Assembly: GCA_038891615.1 (NCBI GenBank)
Contig: JAWADY010000001.1
Coordinates: 192,001-256,000, forward strand
DNA length: 64,000 nt
Source: Candidatus Woesearchaeota archaeon
GTDB taxonomy: Archaea > Nanobdellota > Nanobdellia > Woesearchaeales > ARS49
Direction of reading: 5' to 3'
Positions 29,899-39,229 of this stretch are shown in pieces. Under the pieces are notes generated by a model that saw only the letters and a program-made list of their open reading frames with translations, did not search any database and was not told where the DNA came from. Numbering within the stretch: the stretch's first letter is position 1; each line of letters starts with the position of its first letter. Both the position numbers and the translations under genes were made by a program.

Positions 29899-30027
29899 CT
29901 ATTTTCCTTTGTTTCTAAATTTCATGTAGCAGCTGTTCTTTATCCAGCAATTCTTACACTCTTCAAGCTGCTCATGCTTCTTCCCAAAACAAGCATCATC
30001 AGAATATTTTAGGAACTTTACAGCCAT
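29899..30027 (-). CDS. 42-aa four-Cys microprotein
   Basis: Manual translation MAVKFLKYSDDACFGKKHEQLEECKNCWIKNSCYMKFRNKGK; minus-strand TTTAAATA about 25 nt upstream. Confidence 0.55.
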   Translation of the reverse strand: MAVKFLKYSDDACFGKKHEQLEECKNCWIKNSCYMKFRNKGK

Positions 30028-30160
30028 TTGATGCAAGATGTTAGGGCAGTATTTAAAGATTGCTGCGCTAAAAGGCAACGAGTCACAAAAACTGATAACC
30101 AGAACCTTAATGCGACCTTGTGAAAACCAAACATTTATAAAGCCAAAAAAATAGGTTAGA

Positions 30161-30197
30161 ATGCGTGAAAGCTCTACTTCTAGTAGAACTTACGCAT
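30161..30197 (+). promoter_or_regulatory. 5'-leader stem-loop
   Basis: ATGCGT..AGCTCTACT-TCT-AGTAGAACT.ACGCAT, 20 nt after TTTATAAA (30134-30141). Confidence 0.5.
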
Positions 30198-30229
30198 AAC
30201 TAAAACTAACAAAGGTGTAAAACAAGAAA

Positions 30230-30382
30230 ATGGCATATGGATTCGGGGGAAGTTTTGGCCCTAGACAAATGCACAAGGCTACTTGCTCCGAGTGTGGTAA
30301 GGACTGTGAAGTTCCTTTTAAGCCACGCGAGGATAGACCGGTCTATTGTAGGGACTGCTTCCAGAAGCACAGGAAGTTCTGA
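30230..30382 (+). CDS. CxxC-x17-CxxC domain protein (50 aa)
   Basis: Manual translation MAYGFGGSFGPRQMHKATCSECGKDCEVPFKPREDRPVYCRDCFQKHRKF. Confidence 0.92.
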   Translation: MAYGFGGSFGPRQMHKATCSECGKDCEVPFKPREDRPVYCRDCFQKHRKF

Positions 30383-30496
30383 AAAGAGCAAAGGTTCAAA
30401 ACGCAGAAATTTTCACAATAAAGATTTTAGGCTGTTTTTAGCCATGCTTGGTGACGCATCTGATTTAGTCATAGAACTTTTTAGCAAGCGAATTGT

Positions 30497-31315
30497 TTAG
30501 CGATAGGATGGGCGGATTTTTTCAACAATTCCACGCATAGTTGCAATAAAATCTTCTGCGTCTTTTAGATAGCGTGCGTAGTCATTGCCACTTATTTCTT
30601 TTAACTCACGATGGGTTATCTGCTTCTGGAGCTTATAGAAATTTGCCATAATTTCTGCGTAACGCTTTGAAACAATCCCCTTCTTTACAAGCTTCTCATA
30701 AATCATCTCAGCAACATGCGCAGGGCTTGGTGGAATCTCTCCAAGATGCATGAGTGCCGCATGCGCAGAGTCAATAACAGCCCAATAAAGGTCTAGGGTC
30801 GCTTGAAGGATATGCCATTTTGAATTGCTTATGGTATAGGGTGCGCGCACAAGGTAATTCCAAACAGATTCCTTTGAAGGCCTTATTCTTCCCTGCCTTA
30901 AAAGCAACTGGAGTGGGTCAAAAAAGCCAGAGTCTATCAACGCCACGCCATCGCGAAGTATGTTTATGATGACAGGGTCGCCTGCCCGAACATATTCCCA
31001 AAATGTTGTAAGTTTTAGAGACATCACATGAAGCTTAGGACTTGTCTCTCCAATTGCCTTTTCAACGATTATCCTGTAGGTTTGCACAAGCTCAGGAGAA
31101 AGCACAATTGAAACATCGTCAACAACAATGAGAATGTCTATGTCGTGTTCCTTGCCTGTTCTACGTGCCGCCTCTCCAAAAAGGATAATAGCCTTTATGA
31201 AATTTCCGAACTCTGCATATACCTTTTTGGCAAACTTTCGTGCAAGCTCAAGGTTTTCGGTTGGATATGTTCCAACGGTCGGAGGAAGTCTGTGTGTTAT
31301 CTCAAATCTTGCCAT
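30497..31315 (-). CDS. Fused nucleotidyltransferase + HEPN protein
   Basis: IILFGEAARR..DIDILIVVDD; C-terminal helical HEPN-like domain (LYWAVIDSAHAAL, KQITH). Confidence 0.8.
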   Translation of the reverse strand: MARFEITHRLPPTVGTYPTENLELARKFAKKVYAEFGNFIKAIILFGEAARRTGKEHDIDILIVVDDVSIVLSPELVQTYRIIVEKAIGETSPKLHVMSLKLTTFWEYVRAGDPVIINILRDGVALIDSGFFDPLQLLLRQGRIRPSKESVWNYLVRAPYTISNSKWHILQATLDLYWAVIDSAHAALMHLGEIPPSPAHVAEMIYEKLVKKGIVSKRYAEIMANFYKLQKQITHRELKEISGNDYARYLKDAEDFIATMRGIVEKIRPSYR

Positions 31316-31375
31316 CTTCCCTCTTTTTAAAAGTTAGCTCTTTGATGAGATTTAAAAATTTATTGCTTTTTCTGA

Positions 31376-33175
31376 CTATTCAAACGGAATTCCAAAGTAT
31401 GACATTTGCCATTCCCTCTGCACTGGAAGAAACTCACCCGTAGCAAAATATGGTGGTTGTGTTCTGCCAAAATAGCTGTGCTCTATGTCTGCCCAATTAC
31501 CAATGCCATAGACCTGGCCACCAAAGCTCCGTAGCGCAGCATGCCAAGCCCTTATGTCGTGATGAGCAGGCTCAACAATTGGCTTTATCTCAACCTTTGC
31601 CTTTTTCATTTCCTCGAGAAATTCTTTTATTGGAGCCTTGCCGCTGCCAGGAGGCAAATGCTCATCATAATAGCCAAAGTTATCACTCATCTGGACATGA
31701 CCTATTATTCCTTTTTTGAAAAGCTCTCTGACAGAGTCTATTAACCATTTGTTGAAGCGTTTATCGGCTTGTTCAAATGTTTCTCCTGGTTTTGGTTCGA
31801 AAAACTTTCTCCAAGTATATGCATGACCAATGTCAAAGGTTGCTCCTATATGCTTCTCAGCTATTTTCAGCGCTTCGCTTTTTGAAATACCTCTCTCTTT
31901 TGCAAGTAACTGGGCCATCTTTTCTCTTGACTTCTGAATCAGCTCGGCGAGCTCGCTTGGATGGCTGCCATAATATTCTGGGAGCCATGGTTCAGGTGAG
32001 ACTAAAATGGGCCTTTTGAGTCCTTTGACTTGTGTTTGGTCATATGCATAAAGTCCTGCTCTTGCTATTGTATCAGTTGTTCTCTCTAAACCAACATCTT
32101 TTAGGGGTCTGAGCATCTTTTCTTTCATCCTCAAATTCTCCAGATGCTCTTGTGAACTTAATGCAGATTTCTGCATCCATTCTATATCTACCTCAAGTCT
32201 TCTTTTTTGTTCCTCAAGATGTTCAATAATGTTGACACCAGGCGGGGGAGCCATCTCAGCAGCCCTTAGGAACTCCTCGATGAGTTTTTCACCACCAGGT
32301 TTTTTTGCCTGGACCAATAATTCATTTATAGATTCAAGTTTTTTCCTACGCTCTTCTGCTTCTGCTGTCCAACGAGTAGCCTCTGCCTCATAGATTAACT
32401 TTTGCGATTCAAAAAAATGCTTTAACCAAACCTGTTCCGGCTTTAATATTCCTTCATCTAAAGCTCTTGCAATCTCTGGGTCTCTCTTCCGTTCTTCATT
32501 TACGACATCTTCAAACCTTTTCGGCACAACGACTATTTTACCTTGCTCGTCATAAGCATAGACAGGAACCTTTTTCCCTTCTTTCACTTTCCAGTCAACT
32601 ATTTTTGGTTCGAAGATAGGGTGGACTTTTGGAATTGCTTCGATATTTCCTGTCTCAGCGTCCGCAACCCAAACATACTCTTCTTTCTCAGCCTCTTCTG
32701 GATATGTTGCAAACTTGTTGTCAACTTCTGCAATAGGTCTTTTCCACTCCCCGATATGAAAAACAACTGCGCCTCCTTCTGCTGTATCAGCTGCAAAATC
32801 TATTGTTCGCTCTATCTCGTGCAGCACTTCTTCTGCAACTTCTCGGCTGAAACCATGTCTTGTCAAACCAGCAAAACCCATCACTCCCGTTGTACCATGA
32901 ACAGAAAGCTCGACCTTGTTCACCTTAGCAAGCTCACGTATAGCCTCCCTTTCTTCCTTGCCGTACATCTCAGGCGTTGTTGCCTTGCCAGCCATTGAAC
33001 CTTTTGCAGTGCCTGTAAAGCCTAGCTCAACGACTGTTGCACCTTCTCGAATCCTTGCCTTCAAGGCTTGTAGTTGGGCTTCAAAAGGAGGGGTGCTAAC
33101 CCCAAACTGAGCAGGCTCCCCTCTAAAGTATTCCCTATCCATCGAATGATAGTAGTTTGGAAAGTAAGTTCCCAT
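31376..33175 (-). CDS. Xylose-isomerase/AP-endonuclease-2-like TIM barrel with large coiled-coil insertion
   Basis: LSVHG, VVFHIG, SPE, TFDIGHA, HVQMSDNFGYYDEHLPPGSG, IVE. Confidence 0.75.
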   Translation of the reverse strand: MGTYFPNYYHSMDREYFRGEPAQFGVSTPPFEAQLQALKARIREGATVVELGFTGTAKGSMAGKATTPEMYGKEEREAIRELAKVNKVELSVHGTTGVMGFAGLTRHGFSREVAEEVLHEIERTIDFAADTAEGGAVVFHIGEWKRPIAEVDNKFATYPEEAEKEEYVWVADAETGNIEAIPKVHPIFEPKIVDWKVKEGKKVPVYAYDEQGKIVVVPKRFEDVVNEERKRDPEIARALDEGILKPEQVWLKHFFESQKLIYEAEATRWTAEAEERRKKLESINELLVQAKKPGGEKLIEEFLRAAEMAPPPGVNIIEHLEEQKRRLEVDIEWMQKSALSSQEHLENLRMKEKMLRPLKDVGLERTTDTIARAGLYAYDQTQVKGLKRPILVSPEPWLPEYYGSHPSELAELIQKSREKMAQLLAKERGISKSEALKIAEKHIGATFDIGHAYTWRKFFEPKPGETFEQADKRFNKWLIDSVRELFKKGIIGHVQMSDNFGYYDEHLPPGSGKAPIKEFLEEMKKAKVEIKPIVEPAHHDIRAWHAALRSFGGQVYGIGNWADIEHSYFGRTQPPYFATGEFLPVQREWQMSYFGIPFE

Positions 33176-33184
33176 TTTTAATAA

Positions 33185-33892
33185 TCAGTGTCTATGTTTT
33201 GCTACTTTTTGATTGGAAAGCTCGCCGCCTGGGTGCCCAAGGTATTGTGCGACAACTTTAAGCTCTTCTTTTTCGCTTAAAAATCTTTCCTTAGAATTTC
33301 GTGAAACATAGCTTGTCATTGGTGCAAAACTTTCAAATGCATGAAAATAGCGCTCAAAAGCAACCTGCTCTTCAAAGCCAAGGCTCTCTCCACGCAATAC
33401 CATTTCCTTTATTTTTTCTATCTTTTCAGCTGTTGCAGGCTCTATGAGCTTGTAAAAATCACTTTTGAGTTCCTCAAATGTTTTTGAATAGATTATTGCC
33501 TTTGCCTTTTCTTCACTCTTTTTTTCAACTCCAGCGCCAGCAACTTCCTCCAAAGATTCCTTTGAAGAAGTTTCAGGAGTTTCCTTTTCAGCCATCTGCT
33601 CTCCTATCGACTCGACGGGCTCTTCTGACTTCTCAGGTGTCCTTGTAAAAAGCTCTTCAATTGAAACAGCCTTTGCTTGCGGGATTAACCTTCTTAACTC
33701 TTCAATTTCACTAAGTGCTTTTGTCCCAATTGCCACAGCTTCAGCTATCTGGGCCTTTCTTTCTTCTTCAAGCCTAGCAAGCTCAGCCTCAAGCTCCTTA
33801 ACAGCCTTGATCTTTTCCTCAGGCGGTAAGCGTTTTATCTCCGCAAGCTTGCTACGAATTAGGTCTTCGATAGTCGTGGTAGTTTTTGGCAT
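33185..33892 (-). CDS. Acidic coiled-coil hypothetical protein
   Basis: Likely start MPKTTT at 33892, after a TATA-like TTTTAA. Confidence 0.7.
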   Translation of the reverse strand: MPKTTTTIEDLIRSKLAEIKRLPPEEKIKAVKELEAELARLEEERKAQIAEAVAIGTKALSEIEELRRLIPQAKAVSIEELFTRTPEKSEEPVESIGEQMAEKETPETSSKESLEEVAGAGVEKKSEEKAKAIIYSKTFEELKSDFYKLIEPATAEKIEKIKEMVLRGESLGFEEQVAFERYFHAFESFAPMTSYVSRNSKERFLSEKEELKVVAQYLGHPGGELSNQKVAKHRH

Positions 33893-33948
33893 AATAACTA
33901 AGCTGTTAAAAGGCTTTTTAAACATTCCTTTTAAAGAACCATCAAACT

Positions 33949-35445
33949 CTAATCCCAACTAATCATTCCATGAGCTTTTTTGAAAAGCTTGTAGTTAAGC
34001 CAGAGTCTTTTGCGGGCATCATTTTCTGCTTCTTTTTGTTCTTTCTTCAGTTCTTCGCTGGTTATCTCTTCCTTTTTGCCCGGCTTGGCTTTTGGAAAAA
34101 AAGATGCAAAGCCCTGTGCAAGAGCAACAAATGGTTCAAGAATCCCAGGACTAGCAGGTCTGACTTCTTTTTTTGCCTCTTCTTTCTTTTTTAATCCCCA
34201 TGCCTCTTCAAGGTACTTCTGCAAATCTTCTCCTATAGACCGTATTGCTTCCATGAGCGAGGCGTCAGCATTTGCAAGTAGGTCCAGTTCTTCTGATGCG
34301 CGCATTTTCTTATACTCATCAATTTGTTCCGGTGTCCAGGCGTAGCTCCTCCAAGTTATTACAACCTCACCAACATGAATAGGACCTTTGTGATAAGGTT
34401 CGACATAAAAGCTCATTGAAGGCCTTGTTCGGTAGTCAAGATGTATTAAACAGCAGCTGTTGACTTTTCTGTTTCCGGCAGGCAATCTTCTTGCAAGTAT
34501 TTCTATTTCAACAAGCGAGCCTTCAAAGGCTGCAATTAACTCAGGCTCGCTCATCTTTGAGACATCAAGGGAGAGTCTCTGTATTGTCCTTAAATAAGGC
34601 TTTATCCAATGCATGTACAGCATTATTGTGTCGTACTGCTGCCTAAGGTAATGCAAAGTGAAGTTTCTCCTTGTCTTTAATTCACCATAGGTCGCCTTTT
34701 TCCAACGGTAATAACTTTCAAGCTTGCGTTTTAGCATAGACTTGAGAGTTTCAGAATATGGCAGCTGTGCAATTCTCTTAAAGAAAGTCTCATCCTTTTC
34801 TCCGGGTTCGATTCGTAGCTTGAAAAAAAGGTCTGGTAGCGTAGTAAACTGGGCTTCAAGTGCAAGACCTAAAACAGATGTTGGAGATTTCGCGCCTCCC
34901 TCAACTAAGTCAACATATTGCCCTTTTAAGGCAATCTCAGCCGCTTCTGCCTCATCACCCTTCTCAAAACTTTTTTCATAATAACCAAGCTTTTCATCGA
35001 TAATTCTTATGTCCCTAACCAAGAGAATGACTCCTTTGAATATGTCATGAATTATTTTAAGAAATTGGGCAACCTTGTCCTGTTGTAGACCAAGCTTTTG
35101 CGCAGCTGCGCCAAAAAAGGCAGAGTGTTCGCTTGCAGCAAAGACGTCTGTTATCTTTTCGATAACTGGAAATGCAAGATCGTTCCTAAGGTTGTCTAGC
35201 AGCCAAAAATACATGTTCTCAATTGATTGATGCTGGCTTTCGTAAACAAGGCGATATTTGGATAACGGCTTTGGCCAGTCAACGACAATGAGCTGGTCTT
35301 TTGCAATCTCTAGCTCGTCACGTTTATATTTTTCTTTCGAAAAATATTCCTCTTTGTAGTTTATTGATGGTGGAAGCCATCCCAAAAAGCCAGCAGCACC
35401 ATAACTTCCAGTTTTCTCCGCTCGTTGTTCAGCCATCGCTACCAT
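33949..35445 (-). CDS. Hypothetical protein (498 aa)
   Basis: Long ORF with host-like composition; mixed helical/beta pattern. Confidence 0.8.
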   Translation of the reverse strand: MVAMAEQRAEKTGSYGAAGFLGWLPPSINYKEEYFSKEKYKRDELEIAKDQLIVVDWPKPLSKYRLVYESQHQSIENMYFWLLDNLRNDLAFPVIEKITDVFAASEHSAFFGAAAQKLGLQQDKVAQFLKIIHDIFKGVILLVRDIRIIDEKLGYYEKSFEKGDEAEAAEIALKGQYVDLVEGGAKSPTSVLGLALEAQFTTLPDLFFKLRIEPGEKDETFFKRIAQLPYSETLKSMLKRKLESYYRWKKATYGELKTRRNFTLHYLRQQYDTIMLYMHWIKPYLRTIQRLSLDVSKMSEPELIAAFEGSLVEIEILARRLPAGNRKVNSCCLIHLDYRTRPSMSFYVEPYHKGPIHVGEVVITWRSYAWTPEQIDEYKKMRASEELDLLANADASLMEAIRSIGEDLQKYLEEAWGLKKKEEAKKEVRPASPGILEPFVALAQGFASFFPKAKPGKKEEITSEELKKEQKEAENDARKRLWLNYKLFKKAHGMISWD

Positions 35446-35467
35446 CTTTTATTCCAAGTCACAGCCT

Positions 35468-35983
35468 TTATTGGCAAGCTTCTAATGGTTCTATGATGAT
35501 TGCTTTGTCACCACAGTAAATTGTATCAGCAATCCCTTTTCCTGTTCTTATCTTTGGAATGAGTTTGAGTTGTAATGGCGTGCCAATTTCGCCAAAGTCA
35601 AAGGAAGTTTTTATGGCACCAAATGGTTTCAATGGTTGCTCAAGTATTTCCTTTTGAACTATTCCCTCCCTTCCAACAACTCGCGCCAAAATATTATCCA
35701 AACCAAGCGAAGGACCATTTTCCACAAAAATCACAATGCTGTCAGCAGTATAGCAAGCTTGAGGCACTCCTTTTATGGTTATTACACCAAGAGCGGCTAC
35801 AGCGCAACCAGCTCCAAGCTCTTGCGCGCCTATTACAAATTCTGCCTTTTGTTCAACAAATTCTTCGCCCCAACTCATGACAACTGCACCAAGAGCTATC
35901 GCAAATGTGACAAGAAGGACTGTTGCAATAAGAGGGCTAAGCCCTAGCTTTCCAATCGTCCGTCTCGAACGCAATAAAGCCAA
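35468..35983 (-). CDS. Archaeal type IV pilin-like protein
   Basis: Class III signal peptide KLG|LSPLIATVLLVTFAIALG; paired Cys. Confidence 0.8.
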   Translation of the reverse strand: MALLRSRRTIGKLGLSPLIATVLLVTFAIALGAVVMSWGEEFVEQKAEFVIGAQELGAGCAVAALGVITIKGVPQACYTADSIVIFVENGPSLGLDNILARVVGREGIVQKEILEQPLKPFGAIKTSFDFGEIGTPLQLKLIPKIRTGKGIADTIYCGDKAIIIEPLEACQ

Positions 35984-36095
35984 CTCATCACCGTCTTTTT
36001 ATTAAGTCAATTATTTTTGGTCATTTATAATCCTTTCGCAACAAATCGTTTAAAATCACGCAACTTTTTTATATATACCAGTAAAAGGTTTAGCG

Positions 36096-36674
36096 ATGGA
36101 AACAGAGGAACTTATAGCAAGGCAGAAGCAAGAATGCATTTTCTGTCACATAGTTGCTGGAAAGGTTGGTTCAAGAAAGATATATGAAGATGAAAGGCTT
36201 ATTGTAATTCTTGACATAAATCCAGCAAATCCTGGACATATGCTTGTCATGCCAAAGGAGCACTACAGCGTGTTACCTCAGCTTCCTGAAGACGATGTTG
36301 CTAGAATTGGTTTTGTTGTTAAGGCACTGTCGCAGGCTTGTCTCAAAGCACTTGGTGCAAGAGGAACAACAATCTTTGCAGCAAATGGTATTGCAGCTGG
36401 ACAAAGGGCATCCCATTTCATGATTCACATCATTCCAAGGCACCCAAATGACAATGTCAAGATTATGCTTCCTGAAGAAGAGCTTGCAAAGGAAGAACTT
36501 GAAAACTGCACTCAAAAGCTGAAAGCAATTTTTTCACAAATTTCTGGAATGCCAACATTACAGCAAGAGACAAACTCAAGCAATAACCCTAAGGGCGAAA
36601 CAAAAAACACAGCAGTGCTTAACGAAGTTACCAAATTCTTGCTCAAAAAAGGAAATAAAAATGGTAGCATGTGA
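36096..36674 (+). CDS. HIT-family protein (degenerate triad)
   Basis: CIFCHI, LDINPANPGHMLVMPKEH, HFMIHIIPR. Confidence 0.88.
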   Translation: METEELIARQKQECIFCHIVAGKVGSRKIYEDERLIVILDINPANPGHMLVMPKEHYSVLPQLPEDDVARIGFVVKALSQACLKALGARGTTIFAANGIAAGQRASHFMIHIIPRHPNDNVKIMLPEEELAKEELENCTQKLKAIFSQISGMPTLQQETNSSNNPKGETKNTAVLNEVTKFLLKKGNKNGSM

Positions 36675-37176
36675 GATTTGTGAGGCGATAAAAAAACCAG
36701 AATCAAAGCTTTACGAAGAAAAAAATTTTGCAGTTATTCTTCCTAGCAGGCCGGCTGTACCTGGCCATATCCAACTTGTGCCAAAAGAACATAAGGTAAT
36801 TCTTGAAGAGCTTACAAACGAAACCGTAGCTTTTCTTTTTGCAAAAGCTAGACTTTTTCTCATGGCGCTTTTTGAAGGGCTTAATTGCCATGGGACAAAC
36901 CTTTTGATAATGAATGGCACTGCTGCAGGTCAATCTGTCGCGCACATAGCCGTGAACTTAATTCCAAGGTTTGAAGATGATGGTCTTGAACTAGGTTGGC
37001 AGCCAAAAAGGCTTTCTGAAGAAGAGATGTCAACCGTAGAGCTAAGGTTGAAAGAAGAAGCTACAAAAATAACAATTGTCGAAGAGGAAAAAAAAGAAGA
37101 AAAACAAATTACAATAGAAGCTCCAAAAAAATTTGATGAGGAATGGCTTAAACAGCAGCTTAGAAGGATTCCTTAG
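36661..37176 (+). CDS. HIT-family protein (degenerate triad)
   Basis: CEIC, PGHIQLVPKEH, AAGQSVAHIAVNLIPR. Confidence 0.85.
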   Translation: MVACEICEAIKKPESKLYEEKNFAVILPSRPAVPGHIQLVPKEHKVILEELTNETVAFLFAKARLFLMALFEGLNCHGTNLLIMNGTAAGQSVAHIAVNLIPRFEDDGLELGWQPKRLSEEEMSTVELRLKEEATKITIVEEEKKEEKQITIEAPKKFDEEWLKQQLRRIP

Positions 37177-37227
37177 TCTTTCAAAGATACGAGCTTTTGT
37201 TTGTAAAGCAGAATAATGTGAATTAGG

Positions 37228-38112
37228 TTAAACCTTTTCCATCCTGTGCCGCATTCCTTGGACAACGGAAAGCACGCCTATAAAAATGAGCAGTGAACCA
37301 AACCATTGACTTCTGGTAAATATGTGGCCAAACAAAAGATAAGAGTAAAAACCTGTAAAAATTGGCGAAAGCGCTCTAATGGTGTTCACTTTTGAGAGCT
37401 CAAGCTCTTTAAGAGCGATATAAAAGAGCTCCCAGCCAAGGAATCCTGAAAGAAGGCCAGAAGCTATTGCTATTGAAAGGCTTTTTGTAGTAACTGCAAC
37501 CCCCTCTCCGCTGAAAATGACAAAAGCAGCTCCTGTGAGTGTCATTGCAAAAAGCCTGCCCAAGTTGAGCGTTTCTGGTCTAATGTAGCGCACATATCTC
37601 TTTGCGAGAAAGTCTCCTGTTGCTATTAAGGCTGCAGAAACGACCACAATCAGCGAGTTCAGGCTAAATTCAAGATTTTGGCGCCATTGCATGACGAAAG
37701 CCCCAAGTATGACAACAGCGATTCCAAATTCTTCTAGTGAACTAAGGCGCTCTTTTAAAAAAATGTGTGAGTAGGCAACCACAAAAACAAGCACGAACTG
37801 CATTAAAAAGACAACAATATTTGGTTTCAGCACACGCATGCTATGCAAAAGCAACAATGCCCCAATCCCGTGACACGCTCCAGCGAACAATAGCGGCCAT
37901 TTGTTCTTACGAATGCTTTCTATGTGAAATGCTAGGTTTTTTGAATGAAAAGCAAAAGCAGCGCCAGTCGCAAGAAGATAGCTGTAGAAAAGGATTTTGC
38001 CAGCAGACCAATTAGGTAGAAGGAGATAGAAAAAGATATAAGAAGAACCTAGAAGGGCCGCTGAAAGGAATGCCAGGAAATACGCTTTTTTGAGGCTTGG
38101 CATCCAAACCAT
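37228..38112 (-). CDS. DMT/EamA family transporter
   Basis: About 10 TM helices, FLKERLS, two-repeat layout. Confidence 0.88.
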   Translation of the reverse strand: MVWMPSLKKAYFLAFLSAALLGSSYIFFYLLLPNWSAGKILFYSYLLATGAAFAFHSKNLAFHIESIRKNKWPLLFAGACHGIGALLLLHSMRVLKPNIVVFLMQFVLVFVVAYSHIFLKERLSSLEEFGIAVVILGAFVMQWRQNLEFSLNSLIVVVSAALIATGDFLAKRYVRYIRPETLNLGRLFAMTLTGAAFVIFSGEGVAVTTKSLSIAIASGLLSGFLGWELFYIALKELELSKVNTIRALSPIFTGFYSYLLFGHIFTRSQWFGSLLIFIGVLSVVQGMRHRMEKV

Positions 38113-38237
38113 GAAAATAGGCTCTTATTTAAATCTTGCAGTTTGCTGAAAAGCTTGCTTAGGAAATTTTGTTAATGCAGCCATGCGTTCACCAGAAAAA
38201 ATAAAAACCTATTCAAAGGCGCTGGCTTTGCTGCGCT

Positions 38238-39107
38238 TCAAAATAGTAGGAAGATGAAATTTCCAAACAGCAAGGCAGCTATATAAGCTATTAAAAAGCT
38301 TGGGACAAAAGGAATTCCTTCTTTTACAAGAACTCTAAAGTTTTTACCAAGCAAACCCTTTTGCTTAAGCTTTATTAGTAACATTATTTTTCTCCTGCTT
38401 ATACCAAGCTCTGCAGGACCGGCTATCTTTTTTCCCCTAAAAATGACATCTTTCACAATCCAATCGCCTTCTGTAAGCTTTTCAGGCGGAAGCCATTTTA
38501 GAAGGCAACTTGTTTCAACAGCTCCAACAACCAGCGAAAGATAAAACAAAGACAAAACGAGTAAGGCAGCTGCGGCTGCTATGAGCCATAATGCACTTTC
38601 TGCAAGCACGATTGCAATCAAAAGCAGCATCACAGAAAAGGCAATAGTCACAAAGCGGAAGTTCTTGTAAACACCTTTTTTCATCATCCTTGCTGCTTGA
38701 TTCTTAACCTTCCCCCAATTCTTGACAGCAAGAATAAAAACCCAAAGCAAGCCATAGGCAGCTCCAACAAAGATAAGATTGATAAAGAATGCAACGGCTT
38801 TGCTTTCCAGGCTTGGCGCAAAACCAATCAGGCTTCCAAGGCCTATCAACAGCTTTACATCCCCGCCACCCCATTGCCCAAAGCGGTACATTAATAAAGA
38901 AAGTATGGCAAAAACAATCACCCCTGTAAAGCCCTGAACAATTGGCCTTAAGTTAAAAGTCGCCACGCTACTAATCAATCTTATTCCAAGCCCTGAAAAT
39001 AAAGCAGCATAGCTGAGCCAGTCAGGAACCTCTCTTGTTCTCAGGTCTGAAAAGGCAGATGCTGCAAGGATGAAAAGCCCTGTTCCTTCAAGCAACTGCT
39101 CAATCAT
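38238..39107 (-). CDS. A24 prepilin/prearchaellin peptidase (PibD/FlaK-like)
   Basis: SDLRTREVP, GGGDVKL, LTEGDWI, GIPFVP; likely start 39107. Confidence 0.9.
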   Translation of the reverse strand: MIEQLLEGTGLFILAASAFSDLRTREVPDWLSYAALFSGLGIRLISSVATFNLRPIVQGFTGVIVFAILSLLMYRFGQWGGGDVKLLIGLGSLIGFAPSLESKAVAFFINLIFVGAAYGLLWVFILAVKNWGKVKNQAARMMKKGVYKNFRFVTIAFSVMLLLIAIVLAESALWLIAAAAALLVLSLFYLSLVVGAVETSCLLKWLPPEKLTEGDWIVKDVIFRGKKIAGPAELGISRRKIMLLIKLKQKGLLGKNFRVLVKEGIPFVPSFLIAYIAALLFGNFIFLLF

Positions 39108-39229
39108 TTTGGCGCCCCTTTTTACAAAACTCTTGCTATGACTCTGCAAATGTTTATAAACCTTTGTGACATAAAAATGACAAAAGCACTCTTGGTGAAA
39201 GTAACAATGACTGATGTTGAGGTGGCAAT

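Noticed and set aside
30237-30500. 87-aa plus-strand ORF in the track
   Set aside because: The overlapping frame 30230..30382 encodes the recognisable CxxC-x17-CxxC protein
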